A stretch of 32,000 nucleotides of DNA from NCBI RefSeq assembly GCF_900128735.1, contig NZ_LT667503.1, positions 270,001 to 302,000 on the forward strand, in the 5' to 3' direction. Of the stretch, positions 7,324 to 18,479 are shown piece by piece. The stretch is from Candidatus Saccharimonadota bacterium. Its GTDB lineage: Bacteria > Pseudomonadota > Gammaproteobacteria > Enterobacterales > Enterobacteriaceae. The position numbers were made by a program, and so were the translations under genes. The notes under the pieces are model-generated. The model did not search any database, was not told the origin of the DNA, and saw nothing but the letters and a program-made list of their open reading frames with translations. Each line of letters opens with the position of its first letter. Position 1 is the stretch's first letter.

Positions 7324-9210
7324 ATGATAGTAAAAGTAAAAAACGGATATTTCAAATTATATAACCAATATCTTTTAAAAAACATAAATCTAATAATAAA
7401 TCCAAAAGAAAAAATTTGTTTGCTAGGTAATAATGGAGCTGGAAAATCTACACTATTAAAAATAATTTATGAAAAAATACCATTAGATCAAGGTCTTATT
7501 GAAAAGAAAAAAAAAATTAAAATAAAATATTTATCGCAAAAATTACCCCTCAGAACCGATGAAACAATTTATCATAACATGTACAAGAACATAGAAAAAA
7601 AATCAAATTATTTATCACAGTATGATAATTTACTTCAAAATAAAAAAATAATAGAAAAACATATATATGAAAAAAAAATATTATTTTTACAATCAAAAAT
7701 TAAAGAAAAAAATCTATGGCAGAAATATATAATCATTAATAAATTAATGAAAGAATTATCCTTAAAAAAATATTCTATACTATCATCTTTATCCGGTGGT
7801 AATTTACAAAAAATTTCTCTTATTAAAATTTTATCTCCTTCGTCTCATCTTTTATTACTTGACGAACCTACTAATCACCTTGATACAAAAAGTATTATCT
7901 GGTTAGAATCATATATAAAAAAATTTTCTGGTAGTGTATTATTCGTTTCTCATGACCGTTCATTTATTAACAATGTTTCAACAAATATCATTGAGTTAAA
8001 TAATAAAACGTTAACTAACTGGAAAGAAAATAAATATGAAAAATTTATAAAAAAAAAAGATATCTTTATCAAAATTGAAAAAATTAAGAATAAAAAATTT
8101 AAAATTGAATTTCAAAAACAAGATAAAAAAAGCAAAAAAGGAGTTAAAGGTCGTACCAAAAGAAATATCAAACAATTAAAAAAAATTAAAGATATGCAAA
8201 ATACTATAAAGCTAATGAATGATAAAAACCAATATAATAATCAATATCCAAATATTAAAAATGTATTAAATAAAACCCATCGGATAATGATTTCTATAAA
8301 TAATATTCATTTAGCATATAATAATACTTGTATAATAAAAAATTTTTCTAATAAAATCTTATATGGAGAAAAAATTGCGTTAATAGGATCTAACGGCTGT
8401 GGAAAAACCTCTTTACTAAAAATACTATTAAAACAATTAAAACCAACAAAAGGCAATATAAAATACGGAAATCAAATCAAAATAGAAGAACTAGATCAAG
8501 AATATACTTTACTAAAAAAAGAAGAAACAGTCTTAGAGAATCTTTCATATGGTAAAGATAGCATTAAAATCGAGAAAAAAAATTATACAATTATTGGACT
8601 TTTAAAAAAGTTTCTTTTTTCTGAAGATCAAATACATGCTCCTGCAAAATCTTTATCCGGTGGAGAAATTAGTCGTTTATTGCTATTAAAATTATTTTTT
8701 AAACCAAGTAATATTTTAATACTTGATGAACCTACGAACCACTTAGATTTTAAAATGTTATCATTTTTAGAAAAATTTTTAATCAGTTATAACGGAACAA
8801 TAATTTTTGCTAGCCATGATCGTTATTTTATTAATCAAGTATCTAACAAAATTTTATATTTTGATAAAGAAGGTAATATTCATATTCATCTTAATCAAAT
8901 TAATGAATATGATAAAAAATTATCCCGTCAAAAAAAAATAGTCATGCAAAAAAAAATAGAAGATAAAAAATATAAAATTAAAAAAAGAGCTATGCGCATT
9001 AAATTAAAAAAAGAATTACAAAACATATTTAAAGATATTAATATCATAGAAAATAATATTAAAAAGATAAATCAAGAAATAAACCATTGTGATTTTTATC
9101 ATCATGATCAAAAATATATTAAAATAGTCTATCAAAAATTAAATAAAGAAAAAAAGAAATTAAAAAAAACCTTTAAAAATTGGGAAAAATTAGAAAAAGA
9201 AAAAAAATAA
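7324..9210 (+). CDS. uup: ABC-F family ATPase Uup
   Basis: Two ABC cassettes: Walker A GNNGAGKST and GSNGCGKTS; signatures LSGGNLQK and LSGGEISR; Walker B LLLDEPTNHLD and LILDEPTNHLD. NLWQ...LSSLSGG and the linker GVKGRTKRN are colinear with E. coli Uup. There is a K-rich coiled-coil C-terminal tail. Confidence 0.9.
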   Translation: MIVKVKNGYFKLYNQYLLKNINLIINPKEKICLLGNNGAGKSTLLKIIYEKIPLDQGLIEKKKKIKIKYLSQKLPLRTDETIYHNMYKNIEKKSNYLSQYDNLLQNKKIIEKHIYEKKILFLQSKIKEKNLWQKYIIINKLMKELSLKKYSILSSLSGGNLQKISLIKILSPSSHLLLLDEPTNHLDTKSIIWLESYIKKFSGSVLFVSHDRSFINNVSTNIIELNNKTLTNWKENKYEKFIKKKDIFIKIEKIKNKKFKIEFQKQDKKSKKGVKGRTKRNIKQLKKIKDMQNTIKLMNDKNQYNNQYPNIKNVLNKTHRIMISINNIHLAYNNTCIIKNFSNKILYGEKIALIGSNGCGKTSLLKILLKQLKPTKGNIKYGNQIKIEELDQEYTLLKKEETVLENLSYGKDSIKIEKKNYTIIGLLKKFLFSEDQIHAPAKSLSGGEISRLLLLKLFFKPSNILILDEPTNHLDFKMLSFLEKFLISYNGTIIFASHDRYFINQVSNKILYFDKEGNIHIHLNQINEYDKKLSRQKKIVMQKKIEDKKYKIKKRAMRIKLKKELQNIFKDINIIENNIKKINQEINHCDFYHHDQKYIKIVYQKLNKEKKKLKKTFKNWEKLEKEKK

Positions 9211-9296
9211 AAAAAATTTTCTTGAATATTAACATTAATATTTTATTATATTAAAAAAGAAGATTTCATATTAAAGTATAGAATTTTTTATTAATA

Positions 9297-10235
9297 TTAT
9301 GAAAAATTTAAACAACGTTTAGAACAATACGATTTCAGTTTTCTAGAACATTTTTCACATTGAATAAATAAACGATGACATACATTATTTAAACAATTAA
9401 TATGCATACTATCTGTTATATTTTGACAATTTTTGCAAATAGAAACAACATCATTAGTTATGCGTTCTGCCATGCGTGAATCAAAAACAAATAATTTTCC
9501 TTTAAAATACATTGGTAAATTATAAGTTTTCGTTTGATTAATATAACTTAAGATACCTCCATAAATTTGATAAATATTTTTAAACTTATATTTTTTTAAT
9601 AATGCGGCAGCTTTTTCACAACGTATTCCACCTGTACAATACAAAACAATTTTTTTATTTTGGTATAGTCTTAAAAAAATTGGTAATTTATCTAACTGTT
9701 CACGAAATGTATTAGAAGGTATCTCTAAAGAACGATGAAAATGCCCAATTTCATATTCATAATGGTTACGTATATCTACAAATATTGTATTTTTATCAAA
9801 AAAACATTTATTTACTTGAAATGCATTTAAATAATTTTTAAATGAATCTGTTAAAATAGGTATGTCATGAATATTGTTAGCAACAAGCTGTTTTCGTATT
9901 TTAATTTGTAGTTTCCAAAACGCCATACTTCGATTGACAATCGAATAATTAATACAGATATTCTTTAAATGAATATTAAGATTTTTAAAAAAATAAATAA
10001 CATTCTTCATGTAAATATCTGGCGTACTAATTTGTACATTGATTCCTTCTGTTGCTATATAAATTCTCCCAAGTACATCATATTTTTTTAATTCTATTTT
10101 AATAAAATCTAACAATATTATCGGATTATGTATCTTAAAATATTTATATAATGATATAATCGTACGTTTTGTATAATCATGTTGATAAATAATTTTTAAT
10201 ATTTTATTAGAAATAATTTTTTTTTTTCTTAACAT
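9297..10235 (-). CDS. trhO: rhodanese-domain tRNA uridine(34) hydroxylase (YceA/TrhO)
   Basis: ISLYKYF, GRIYIATEGINVQIS, DIRNHYEYEIGHF..SLEIP.NTFREQL, YCTGGIRCEKA and the Cys-rich C-terminus CHRLFIQC..C are colinear with E. coli YceA. Confidence 0.9.
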   Translation of the reverse strand: MLRKKKIISNKILKIIYQHDYTKRTIISLYKYFKIHNPIILLDFIKIELKKYDVLGRIYIATEGINVQISTPDIYMKNVIYFFKNLNIHLKNICINYSIVNRSMAFWKLQIKIRKQLVANNIHDIPILTDSFKNYLNAFQVNKCFFDKNTIFVDIRNHYEYEIGHFHRSLEIPSNTFREQLDKLPIFLRLYQNKKIVLYCTGGIRCEKAAALLKKYKFKNIYQIYGGILSYINQTKTYNLPMYFKGKLFVFDSRMAERITNDVVSICKNCQNITDSMHINCLNNVCHRLFIQCEKCSRKLKSYCSKRCLNFS

Positions 10236-10317
10236 GAATTTATCCTTATTTACTGAAAAATAAAAAATATAAGCATATAAAATGATTATTAAATTTTTAT
10301 TAAGATCTTTTGCAAAT

Positions 10318-13176
10318 TTATTTTTTTTGGTACAATAAAAATTTTTTTTGTTTTTTTAAGATATTATAAATAATAGAGTTTTTTTGTAATCTTCTTTTTT
10401 GTTCAAAAACAATATTTTCCGGAGCATTTTTAAGAAAATTTTTATTTTTTACTTTTTCCATTATTCCCTTAATCAAAACTCGAGTTTCTAAAATCTTTTT
10501 CTGTAATCGCAATAATTCTATCTTAATATTCACAGTACTAGAAATTGGAATAAATAATTCAGTATCATCAATAATTCTGAAAAGTGAGGAAGACTTTTGG
10601 TGATATTTAATAATGATTAAAATTTTCTTTAAGTAAAGAATTTTTTTTAAAAAATGGTAATTCTCTTCTATAAAAATCTTTTTAAACATCGAAAAACATT
10701 TTACATATAATGGTAATGTAAAATTATATTGCACACCAATATCAACCCGTATAACTCGCAATACTGATATTAATTTTTGTATCCATGTAACAAATTGCAA
10801 TAAATAAAGAGGAAAGGCATTATTTTCATACATAGGAAAAGAATTTAAAACAATTGGTTGTACAGGAATATTATATAACTCATTAAAATTTTTCCACAAC
10901 ATATCTGTAATAAAAGGCATAATAGGATGTAATAAATGTATTATTGAGCAAAAAATAAAAGATAAAATATATTGAACTGATTCTTTTTCCTTTCTTAAAC
11001 CAGTACGTAAAATCGGTTTAATAGTTTCTAGATAAAAATCACAAAAATCATGCCATACAAAATGATAAAGAATAGAAATTAATTTATCAAAACGATAAAT
11101 TTTAAAAAAAATATGATACTGTTTAAGTAATATATTATATTTTAATAATATCCATTGATCTAAAAAAGAATTTTGTAAATTATTTTCTTCAACCTTTTTT
11201 GAAATATTTAAAAATATAAATCGGCTAACATTCCATATTTTATTACAAAAATATTTATATCCTTTGATTCGATTCATATCCCAATTTATACTTCGACTAG
11301 TAGAAGTTAATGATAAAAACGTTAATCTCAACGCATCAGTACCGTATGCTTCAATTCCATTAGGAAATTGTTTAGTGGTATGAAATACTATTTGAGAAGA
11401 TAATTTCGGTTTAACTAAATTTTTATTTCTTTTATCAATTAATTGTGATAACGTAATACCATCTATTAAATCTAATGGATCTAATGTATTACCTTTAGAT
11501 TTCGACATCTTTTTTCCGTCTTCATCTTTAATTAATCCTGTAATATATATTGCTTTAAATGGAACTTGTTCAATACCATAAACTTTTTTCATTACATATG
11601 TTGTAATCATAATCATTCGAGCAATCCAAAAAAATATAATATCAAATCCAGATACTAATACGTTAGTAGGATGAAAATATTTTAATTTTTTAGTCTCAGT
11701 TGGCCAACCTAATCCAGCAAACGTCCATAAGCTAGAAGAAAACCAGGTATCTAAAACATCTGAATCTTGCTCTAAAAGAATATGATCTGGAATCTTATAC
11801 TCTTTTCTTATAGACTTTTCATTATATCCGGTATACATATTATTATTCGAATGATCATACCAAATAGGTATTTGATGTCCCCACCATATTTGACGTGAAA
11901 TACACCAATCTTCAATATTATTCATCCAAGAAAAATACATGTTTCGATATTGTTTAGATATAAATAAAATTTTTTTTTCCTTAATTACTCTAATAGCAGT
12001 TTTTGCTAATGATTGAACGCGTAAATACCATTGATTTGTTAACATCGGCTCTAAAACCATTCCGCTACGGTCTCCATGCGGGATGGAACTTTGACATGAT
12101 TCATTTTTTTCTATAAAAGATATACTATCTAATAAAAAAATCGTTTTTTTCCTAGCTTTGAATCTATCTATATTTCTTAATATGTTAGGAATATCGATTT
12201 TTTCTTCATTTATTTTTTCTCCTTTATAATCAAAATATTCTAACTGAGATAATATTTTTCCTTCTGATGTAAAAATATTAATCATAGGTAATTTATGAGT
12301 AATTGCTATATGATAATCATGAAAGTCATGAGCCGGAGTTACCTTCATACATCCTGTCCCTTTATTGGAATCAATCTGATTATCTGCTATTATAGGAATT
12401 ACCCGACCTATAAGAGGTACTGAAACATATTGACCGATATACTTCTTATATCGAACATCATCCGGATGAACAGCCAGTGCAGTATCTCCAAGAAAAGTTT
12501 CTGGACGTGTAGTCGATACAATTAAATACATATTCTTTTGTTTTTTTGTATTTTTTTTAAAAATCAATGGATATTTTATATACCACATAGTATTAGGTAA
12601 TATTCGATGCTCTACCTCTAAATCAGATATTACTGTTTTCAAATATGGATCCCAATATACTAATTTTTTTCTCTTATAAATATAACCGTCTTTATATAAC
12701 ATAATAAAAACTTTTTTTACTGCTTTAGAAAAATTTTTATCTAGAGTAAACTTAGAATCATGAAAATTAATAAAATTACCTAAACGTTGAACTTGATATA
12801 AAATATTAGATTCAAATTTTTTTTTCCAATTTAAAGTTTCTTTTATAAATTCTTTTCTAGAATACGTACCTTTTTTCTTTCCTTTTTTTTCTCGTAAATA
12901 ATTTTCAACTACAATTTGTGTTGCAATTCCTGCATGATCAGTACCCATTTGAAACAAAACATTTTTACCTAACATATGATTATATCTAATCAATGAATCC
13001 ATAATAGCTTGTTGAAAAGCATGTCCCATATGTAAAGATCCAGTAATATTAGGCGGTGGCATCATAATACAAAAACTTTTTTTACTAATATTAATCTTCT
13101 TTTTAACAATATTTTTTTTATTCCACCACTTTTTAATATATTTTTCTATTCTATTAGGGTTATATATTTTTTTCAT
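10318..13176 (-). CDS. valS: valine--tRNA ligase
   Basis: 952 aa. Class I HIGH-type motif PPPNITGSLHMGHA and KMSKS motif KMSKSKGN are present, along with a CP1 editing region and a C-terminal coiled coil. Confidence 0.97.
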   Translation of the reverse strand: MKKIYNPNRIEKYIKKWWNKKNIVKKKINISKKSFCIMMPPPNITGSLHMGHAFQQAIMDSLIRYNHMLGKNVLFQMGTDHAGIATQIVVENYLREKKGKKKGTYSRKEFIKETLNWKKKFESNILYQVQRLGNFINFHDSKFTLDKNFSKAVKKVFIMLYKDGYIYKRKKLVYWDPYLKTVISDLEVEHRILPNTMWYIKYPLIFKKNTKKQKNMYLIVSTTRPETFLGDTALAVHPDDVRYKKYIGQYVSVPLIGRVIPIIADNQIDSNKGTGCMKVTPAHDFHDYHIAITHKLPMINIFTSEGKILSQLEYFDYKGEKINEEKIDIPNILRNIDRFKARKKTIFLLDSISFIEKNESCQSSIPHGDRSGMVLEPMLTNQWYLRVQSLAKTAIRVIKEKKILFISKQYRNMYFSWMNNIEDWCISRQIWWGHQIPIWYDHSNNNMYTGYNEKSIRKEYKIPDHILLEQDSDVLDTWFSSSLWTFAGLGWPTETKKLKYFHPTNVLVSGFDIIFFWIARMIMITTYVMKKVYGIEQVPFKAIYITGLIKDEDGKKMSKSKGNTLDPLDLIDGITLSQLIDKRNKNLVKPKLSSQIVFHTTKQFPNGIEAYGTDALRLTFLSLTSTSRSINWDMNRIKGYKYFCNKIWNVSRFIFLNISKKVEENNLQNSFLDQWILLKYNILLKQYHIFFKIYRFDKLISILYHFVWHDFCDFYLETIKPILRTGLRKEKESVQYILSFIFCSIIHLLHPIMPFITDMLWKNFNELYNIPVQPIVLNSFPMYENNAFPLYLLQFVTWIQKLISVLRVIRVDIGVQYNFTLPLYVKCFSMFKKIFIEENYHFLKKILYLKKILIIIKYHQKSSSLFRIIDDTELFIPISSTVNIKIELLRLQKKILETRVLIKGIMEKVKNKNFLKNAPENIVFEQKRRLQKNSIIYNILKKQKKFLLYQKK

Positions 13177-13300
13177 AATTATTTCGTTATATAGTTGTAA
13201 TTTAAAAAATTTATATTAATATAAACTATGCCAAAAGATAAAAAAAATCAATTTTATTCTTTATCTATATAATCAATATATATTTTTAAATAAAAAATTT

Positions 13301-14794
13301 TTATTTATTTAACAAATATTCACATAATAGTTTATTCGGCCTTCCTGTGGCACCCTTCATTTTAGAAGATGACCATGCTGTACCTGCTATATCTAAATGA
13401 GCCCACAAATCGTTGTTAACAAATTTTGATAAAAAACAAGCAGCCACACTAGCTCCAGCTAATCCTTTATCGGAATTATTCAAATCTGCAACAGAAGATT
13501 GCAAGTCTTTACTATAATTTGTATGCAAAGGTAAACGCCATACTAAATCATTACTTATTTTACCTGCATTAATTAAATCTTGAGCTAATTGTTCATTATT
13601 ACTCATTAATCCTGTATAAATTTCTCCTAAAGCGACAGTACAAGCGCCGGTCAATGTAGCAATATCAATAATAATTCCAGGATTAAATCTATTTGAATAA
13701 GTTAAAACATCACATAGAATTAATCTTCCTTCCGCATCAGTATTTAATATCTCTATTTTTTTTCCGGACATAGAAGTAATTATATCACCGGGACGATAGG
13801 AATTTTGTCCTATCATATTATCGCATCCCGCCAGAATACCAATTACATTAATAGGTAATTGTAATTCAGATATAGTTGTCATAACACCATATACTGTCGC
13901 CGCTCCTGACATATCATATTTCATCTCATCCAAATTTCTTGATGGTTTAATTGATAATCCACCTGAATCAAAAGTCACCCCTTTTCCAATTAAAACAATG
14001 GGATAGCTGTTACGCTCAGGATTACCAGTATATCTAATAATAGACATAAATGGTTCGTTGTATGAACCATACGAAACAGACAAGTATGCATTCATCTTTA
14101 ATTTTTCCATTTCTCTTTTACTGATAATATTTGTATTTAATAAATTTGGATATTCTAACTGTAGACTTTTTGACTTTTCTGATAAATACTTAGCATTACA
14201 AATATTCGAAGGCATATTACATAAATTTTTAGTTCTTATAATTCCTTTAAAAATAGCGTCAACATGCTTAATAGCTAATTTTATTATCGCTAATTTTTTT
14301 ATATTTTCTATATATAAGAAAAAATATCGCTGATCATCTGGATTTTCATGCAAAAATTTAAAATTTTTAAATTCATAAAAATTTAAAAATTCTTTGGATA
14401 TTTCAACAAAAAATCTTACTTTTCGATACATATTTAAATGTAAAACATTATAATTTATTAACGAACATAATATATATTTTGCACGAATACTGACTAAATT
14501 TTTAATACATGCTTTAATTATCTTTTTATAATGACTTTCACTTAAGTTAATATTTTTTCCACATCCTATTAATAAAATTCTTTTTTTTGTCATAGTAGGA
14601 ACATTATATAAAACTAAAGTTTGTCCTATCTGACCTTGAAAATCACCATATTTCATTATTTTTGAAATATAAATTTTAACTTGATCACTAATAAAATTTG
14701 GTAAATAAGAAAAAGGATTTAATTCAAAAATACCTAAAACAATACAGTCAATTAATTTATCAGGCTCATAATTAACAAAAACAGAAAAATTCAT
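13301..14794 (-). CDS. pepA: leucyl (cytosol) aminopeptidase A
   Basis: 497 aa. GKG.TFDSGG.SIKPS..MDEMKYDM.GAA, NTDAEGRL.LCD, ATLTGAC and HLDIAGTAW...GATGRP are colinear with E. coli PepA. Confidence 0.95.
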   Translation of the reverse strand: MNFSVFVNYEPDKLIDCIVLGIFELNPFSYLPNFISDQVKIYISKIMKYGDFQGQIGQTLVLYNVPTMTKKRILLIGCGKNINLSESHYKKIIKACIKNLVSIRAKYILCSLINYNVLHLNMYRKVRFFVEISKEFLNFYEFKNFKFLHENPDDQRYFFLYIENIKKLAIIKLAIKHVDAIFKGIIRTKNLCNMPSNICNAKYLSEKSKSLQLEYPNLLNTNIISKREMEKLKMNAYLSVSYGSYNEPFMSIIRYTGNPERNSYPIVLIGKGVTFDSGGLSIKPSRNLDEMKYDMSGAATVYGVMTTISELQLPINVIGILAGCDNMIGQNSYRPGDIITSMSGKKIEILNTDAEGRLILCDVLTYSNRFNPGIIIDIATLTGACTVALGEIYTGLMSNNEQLAQDLINAGKISNDLVWRLPLHTNYSKDLQSSVADLNNSDKGLAGASVAACFLSKFVNNDLWAHLDIAGTAWSSSKMKGATGRPNKLLCEYLLNK

Positions 14795-15094
14795 AAATTC
14801 TACCTAACCTATAAAAAAAAATAAAAAAAGTTCACAAATAAATATTTATTATCTAATAAAAATTTTTCTTATTAAAAATATTAGAAAAAATAAAATTTTT
14901 TTAATATAATAGATATTATACAATATTTGCAGGATATATAAAATCATGTTTTTAATAAGAGATATCTAAAAAAATTAATTTTTATTGATTATTTTAAATG
15001 ATAACAAATTTTGTAATATATGTATATTTTTGATATAATAAACAATAATATTTAAAGAAATTCATAGCATTTATAAAAAAATTAGAGTTATTTT

Positions 15095-16111
15095 ATGAAA
15101 ACACTATATAAAAAAAATTTTTTAAAATTTTCAGATTTTACAAAAAAAGAAATTACATTTTTAATTAATTATTCACTGGATTTAAAAAAACAAAAAAAAG
15201 AAAAAAAAGAAATTCAATATTTAAAAAAAAAAAATATTGCATTAATTTTTGAAAAACAATCTACAAGAACTCGTTGTGCATTTGAAATTGCAGCGCATGA
15301 TCAAGGAGCTTATACAACATATCTCAATTCACAAGATACACATTTTGGATATAAAGAATCCATTGCAGATACAGCAAAAGTCTTAGGTTGTATGTACGAC
15401 GGAATCCAATTCCGCGGTTATCATGATCATACCTTAAATCTCTTAGCAAAATATTCAAAAATTCCGGTTTGGAACGGTTTAACAAATAATTTCCATCCTA
15501 CACAATTATTAGCTGATCTTGTCACAATTCAAGAAACTTATCCAAATATTTCATTAAAAAAGATTAAAATCGCTTACGTAGGAGATGCAAAAAATAATAT
15601 AGCTCATACTTTATTAGAAGCAGCAAAAACTATAGGTTTTAAATTAAATATTGTATCTCCAAAACTATATTGGCCCGATAACAATATATATGATACTAAT
15701 CAAAAAAAAATAAAAAAAAACAAAATTATGTTTACTGAGAATATCAAAAAAGGAGTGAAAAATATTGATTTTATTTACACAGATACATGGGTTTCTATGG
15801 GAGATAAAATGACCTGTTGGAAAGAAAAGATCACAAATTTAAAAAAATATCAAGTAAATCAAAAAATGCTGGATCTAACAAATAATCAGAATGTAAAAAT
15901 ATTACACTGTCTTCCTGCATTACATGATAATAAATCTAAAATAAGCTCAGAAATACATAAAAAATATAATTTTTCTTCTGGAATTGAAATTTCACATGAT
16001 GTTTTTTCTTCAAAAAATAATTTAAGTTTTCAACAATCTCTAAATAAAATACATTCTATTAAAGCATTATTAATCGCAACGTTATCCAAAAATCATCCAT
16101 TTTTTATATAA
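15095..16111 (+). CDS. argI: ornithine carbamoyltransferase
   Basis: NIALIFEKQSTRTRCAFE, MYDGIQFRGY, VWNGLTNNFHPTQLLADL, YTDTWVSMG and HCLPALHD are present. It is colinear with E. coli ArgI and sits near ridA, valS and pepA, as argI does in E. coli. It may be annotated argF. Confidence 0.95.
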   Translation: MKTLYKKNFLKFSDFTKKEITFLINYSLDLKKQKKEKKEIQYLKKKNIALIFEKQSTRTRCAFEIAAHDQGAYTTYLNSQDTHFGYKESIADTAKVLGCMYDGIQFRGYHDHTLNLLAKYSKIPVWNGLTNNFHPTQLLADLVTIQETYPNISLKKIKIAYVGDAKNNIAHTLLEAAKTIGFKLNIVSPKLYWPDNNIYDTNQKKIKKNKIMFTENIKKGVKNIDFIYTDTWVSMGDKMTCWKEKITNLKKYQVNQKMLDLTNNQNVKILHCLPALHDNKSKISSEIHKKYNFSSGIEISHDVFSSKNNLSFQQSLNKIHSIKALLIATLSKNHPFFI

Positions 16112-16189
16112 AAAAATATTATAAATGATTTATATACTTTCATATTAACGGAAAATTCACCAAAAATCTTTTAAAAAAGATATAACATA

Positions 16190-16576
16190 ATGAAAAATTT
16201 AAGTACATCAAATAAAAAAATAAAGATATATGGTCCATATACTCCCGCTATAAGATCAGGAAATTTTCTTTTTTTATCCGGTCAAATTCCTATAAATAAA
16301 AAAAATGGGGAAATACCTGAAAAAATATCAGAACAAACTCAATTATCCTTAAAAAATATTTTATATATCTTAAAAGAACATCACTTATGCATTAAAAATA
16401 TAATTAAAATAACTATTTTCACTACAGAATTAAAAAAATTAGATGCGATTAATCAAACTTACTCGAATTTTTTTAAGAAATATACAAAAATATATCCTGC
16501 TAGATCATGTATTGGGGTCTTAGTGTTACCAAGAAATGTATCAATAGAAATCGAAGCTATAGCATCGTATATATAA
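16190..16576 (+). CDS. ridA: RidA/YjgF-family reactive enamine/imine deaminase
   Basis: 128 aa, the same length as E. coli RidA. GPY, SGQIP.N...GEIP, PARSC and IEIEAIA motifs are present. Confidence 0.9.
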   Translation: MKNLSTSNKKIKIYGPYTPAIRSGNFLFLSGQIPINKKNGEIPEKISEQTQLSLKNILYILKEHHLCIKNIIKITIFTTELKKLDAINQTYSNFFKKYTKIYPARSCIGVLVLPRNVSIEIEAIASYI

Positions 16577-16590
16577 AAAAATATAAAATA

Positions 16591-16616
16591 TATGCCACAT
16601 CGTGGCATAATGTTTT
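16591..16616. terminator. hairpin terminator between convergent ridA and deaD
   Basis: Perfect 8-bp stem tatgccac / gtggcata (16591-16598 and 16602-16609) with a 3-nt loop. T-rich tails follow on both strands (atgtttt on +, tatttta on -). It is one of the few G/C-containing stems in this spacer. Confidence 0.5.
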
Positions 16617-16718
16617 AAAAATTTATTAATTTTACTTTTTTAAAAAATTTAATAAAGTTTTATTAATTATTAAAAATTAATGATATATATATTTTAATAA
16701 ATATATTTATAAAAAAAT

Positions 16719-18479
16719 TTAATTCTTTTTAAATTTATTTGCTTTTAAATTGCTTCCTACTCGACGAGTATATACTTTTCTTGGATTATTCAATTTAATA
16801 TAATTAATACGCTTAATACCCATCCGTTTATTTAATATACGAGTGCGAGACAAATGATTTAACAAACTATTTGAAATATTTTTAGGTAATTCAACAATAG
16901 AATAATCCGAATAAAGTCTAATATTTCCAATTTTTTGACTACTAATATTTCCTTCATTAGCAATTGCGCCTACAATATGTCGTGCTTCGATTCCATCATT
17001 TTTACCTATTTCAATACGAAAAACCTGAGTAATTCCATCTTTTTTATGAAATTCTTTTATCATTGAACGCGATCGACGATCTAATGTTGTAGTGTTTTTT
17101 TTACGATGACCGGCATACATAAAAGAAGGATTATGATTTCTTAAAGAAGATAATATTTTTTTATCAGGCTCTACGATTAAAGGTCTTTCGCCTTGAGCTA
17201 ATTTTAATAATGCAGCGGATAATTTTTCAAAATTTAACGGTACTTTTAATTTTAATTTTGGTAATAATAAACGATATTTTTCTAAATCAGAACTGTCAAG
17301 TTCTCTTTGTATTTTTTCAGAAAATTTTTGAAGTCTCCGTTGACTCAATACTTCACTTTTTGGTAAAATGACTTCGGGTATAATTAATTTTACAATTCTT
17401 TCAATATTACGTAATAATCTACGTTCACGATGTTCTACAAATAATAAAGCCTTTCCGGTCCGACCCGCTCGTCCTGTTCGACCTATACGATGAACATACG
17501 ATTCTGCGTCCATGGGGATATCATAATTGATTACAAAACTAATTCGATCTACATCTAACCCGCGCGCCGCAACATCTGTAGCAATTAAAATATCGAGTTT
17601 TCCACTTCTTAATCTATCTAAAGTTTGTTCTCTTAACGACTGATTCATATCACCATTTAGAGCCGCACAGTTATATCCGTTTTTTTCTAAAACTTCAGCT
17701 ACTTCTAAAGTAGAATTTTTAGTTTTTACAAAAATAATAGTAGCAGAAAAATCTTCCATTTCTAAAAATCGAATTAATGCTTCAGTCTTTTTTCCATAAA
17801 CTAGCCAATAACTTTGTTGAATATTTGGTCTGGTAATTCCCGTTGATTGAATTTTTATTTCTATCGGTTTAACCATAAAACGTTTTGAAATTCTACGAAT
17901 AATTTCAGGCATAGTAGCAGAAAATAAAGCAGTTTGATGTTTTTTAGGAATTTTAGACATAATATTTTCTACATCTTCAATAAAACCCATGCGTAACATT
18001 TCATCTGCTTCATCCAAAACAAGACTTTTTAAATGTGTTAAACTTAATGTGCCTCTTTTTAAATGATCCAACAACCGACCTGGTGTACCCACTACAATTT
18101 GAGGTCCTTGACGTAATAATCTTAGCTGAACTTCATATTTTTGACCGCCATATAAAGGTAAAACATGAATACCATGCATATATTTGGATAATTCTGAAAA
18201 TGCCTCCGCAACTTGAACAGCTAACTCACGAGTAGGAGTTAAAACTAAAATTTGTGGAAATTTTAAAACTGCTTTTATATTATGTAACAATGGTAAAGCG
18301 AATGCAGCAGTCTTACCGCTTCCTGTTTGAGCCATTCCTAATACATCTTTTCCTAATAATAAGTGAGGAATACAAGCAGACTGAATCGGAGATGGCTTTT
18401 GATACTCTAAATCATCTAAAGATTTTAATAGTAGAGAATTTAAACCAAATATTGAAAATGAATTATGAATTTGAGTCAT
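16719..18479 (-). CDS. deaD: DEAD-box ATP-dependent RNA helicase DeaD/CsdA
   Basis: Q motif and [28 protein letters not shown] and [10 protein letters not shown] motifs are present. The C-terminal DbpA-like domain [23 protein letters not shown] is very close to E. coli DeaD across the core. Confidence 0.95.
   Translation of the reverse strand: MTQIHNSFSIFGLNSLLLKSLDDLEYQKPSPIQSACIPHLLLGKDVLGMAQTGSGKTAAFALPLLHNIKAVLKFPQILVLTPTRELAVQVAEAFSELSKYMHGIHVLPLYGGQKYEVQLRLLRQGPQIVVGTPGRLLDHLKRGTLSLTHLKSLVLDEADEMLRMGFIEDVENIMSKIPKKHQTALFSATMPEIIRRISKRFMVKPIEIKIQSTGITRPNIQQSYWLVYGKKTEALIRFLEMEDFSATIIFVKTKNSTLEVAEVLEKNGYNCAALNGDMNQSLREQTLDRLRSGKLDILIATDVAARGLDVDRISFVINYDIPMDAESYVHRIGRTGRAGRTGKALLFVEHRERRLLRNIERIVKLIIPEVILPKSEVLSQRRLQKFSEKIQRELDSSDLEKYRLLLPKLKLKVPLNFEKLSAALLKLAQGERPLIVEPDKKILSSLRNHNPSFMYAGHRKKNTTTLDRRSRSMIKEFHKKDGITQVFRIEIGKNDGIEARHIVGAIANEGNISSQKIGNIRLYSDYSIVELPKNISNSLLNHLSRTRILNKRMGIKRINYIKLNNPRKVYTRRVGSNLKANKFKKN

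Noticed and set aside
9211-9296. AT-only inverted repeat aatattaa-ca-ttaatatt between convergent uup and trhO as a terminator
   Set aside because: The stem is entirely A/T and the loop is too short. It cannot be distinguished from background in sequence that is about 90% AT.
14058-14333. 91-aa plus-strand ORF inside pepA
   Set aside because: It is nested antisense to pepA. Its hydrophobic I/F/L-rich composition is what the reverse complement of K/N/E-rich AT-biased coding sequence yields, and there are no independent signals.
15040-15094. Possible ARG box (ArgR operator) upstream of argI, around aaattcatagcatttat
   Set aside because: It has only a half-site-like ATTCAT and no 18-bp palindrome (TNTGAATWWWWATTCANW) or tandem pair. 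Reduced symbionts of this type generally lack argR, and AT richness makes such partial matches meaningless.
16719-18479. deaD looks more G/C-rich and more E. coli-like than its neighbours, suggesting possible recent horizontal acquisition
   Set aside because: The G/C content tracks G/R/A-rich conserved helicase motifs, so it reflects amino-acid constraint. Third positions are still A/T-biased, synteny with pnp is ancestral, and ftsH and pnp show the same pattern.
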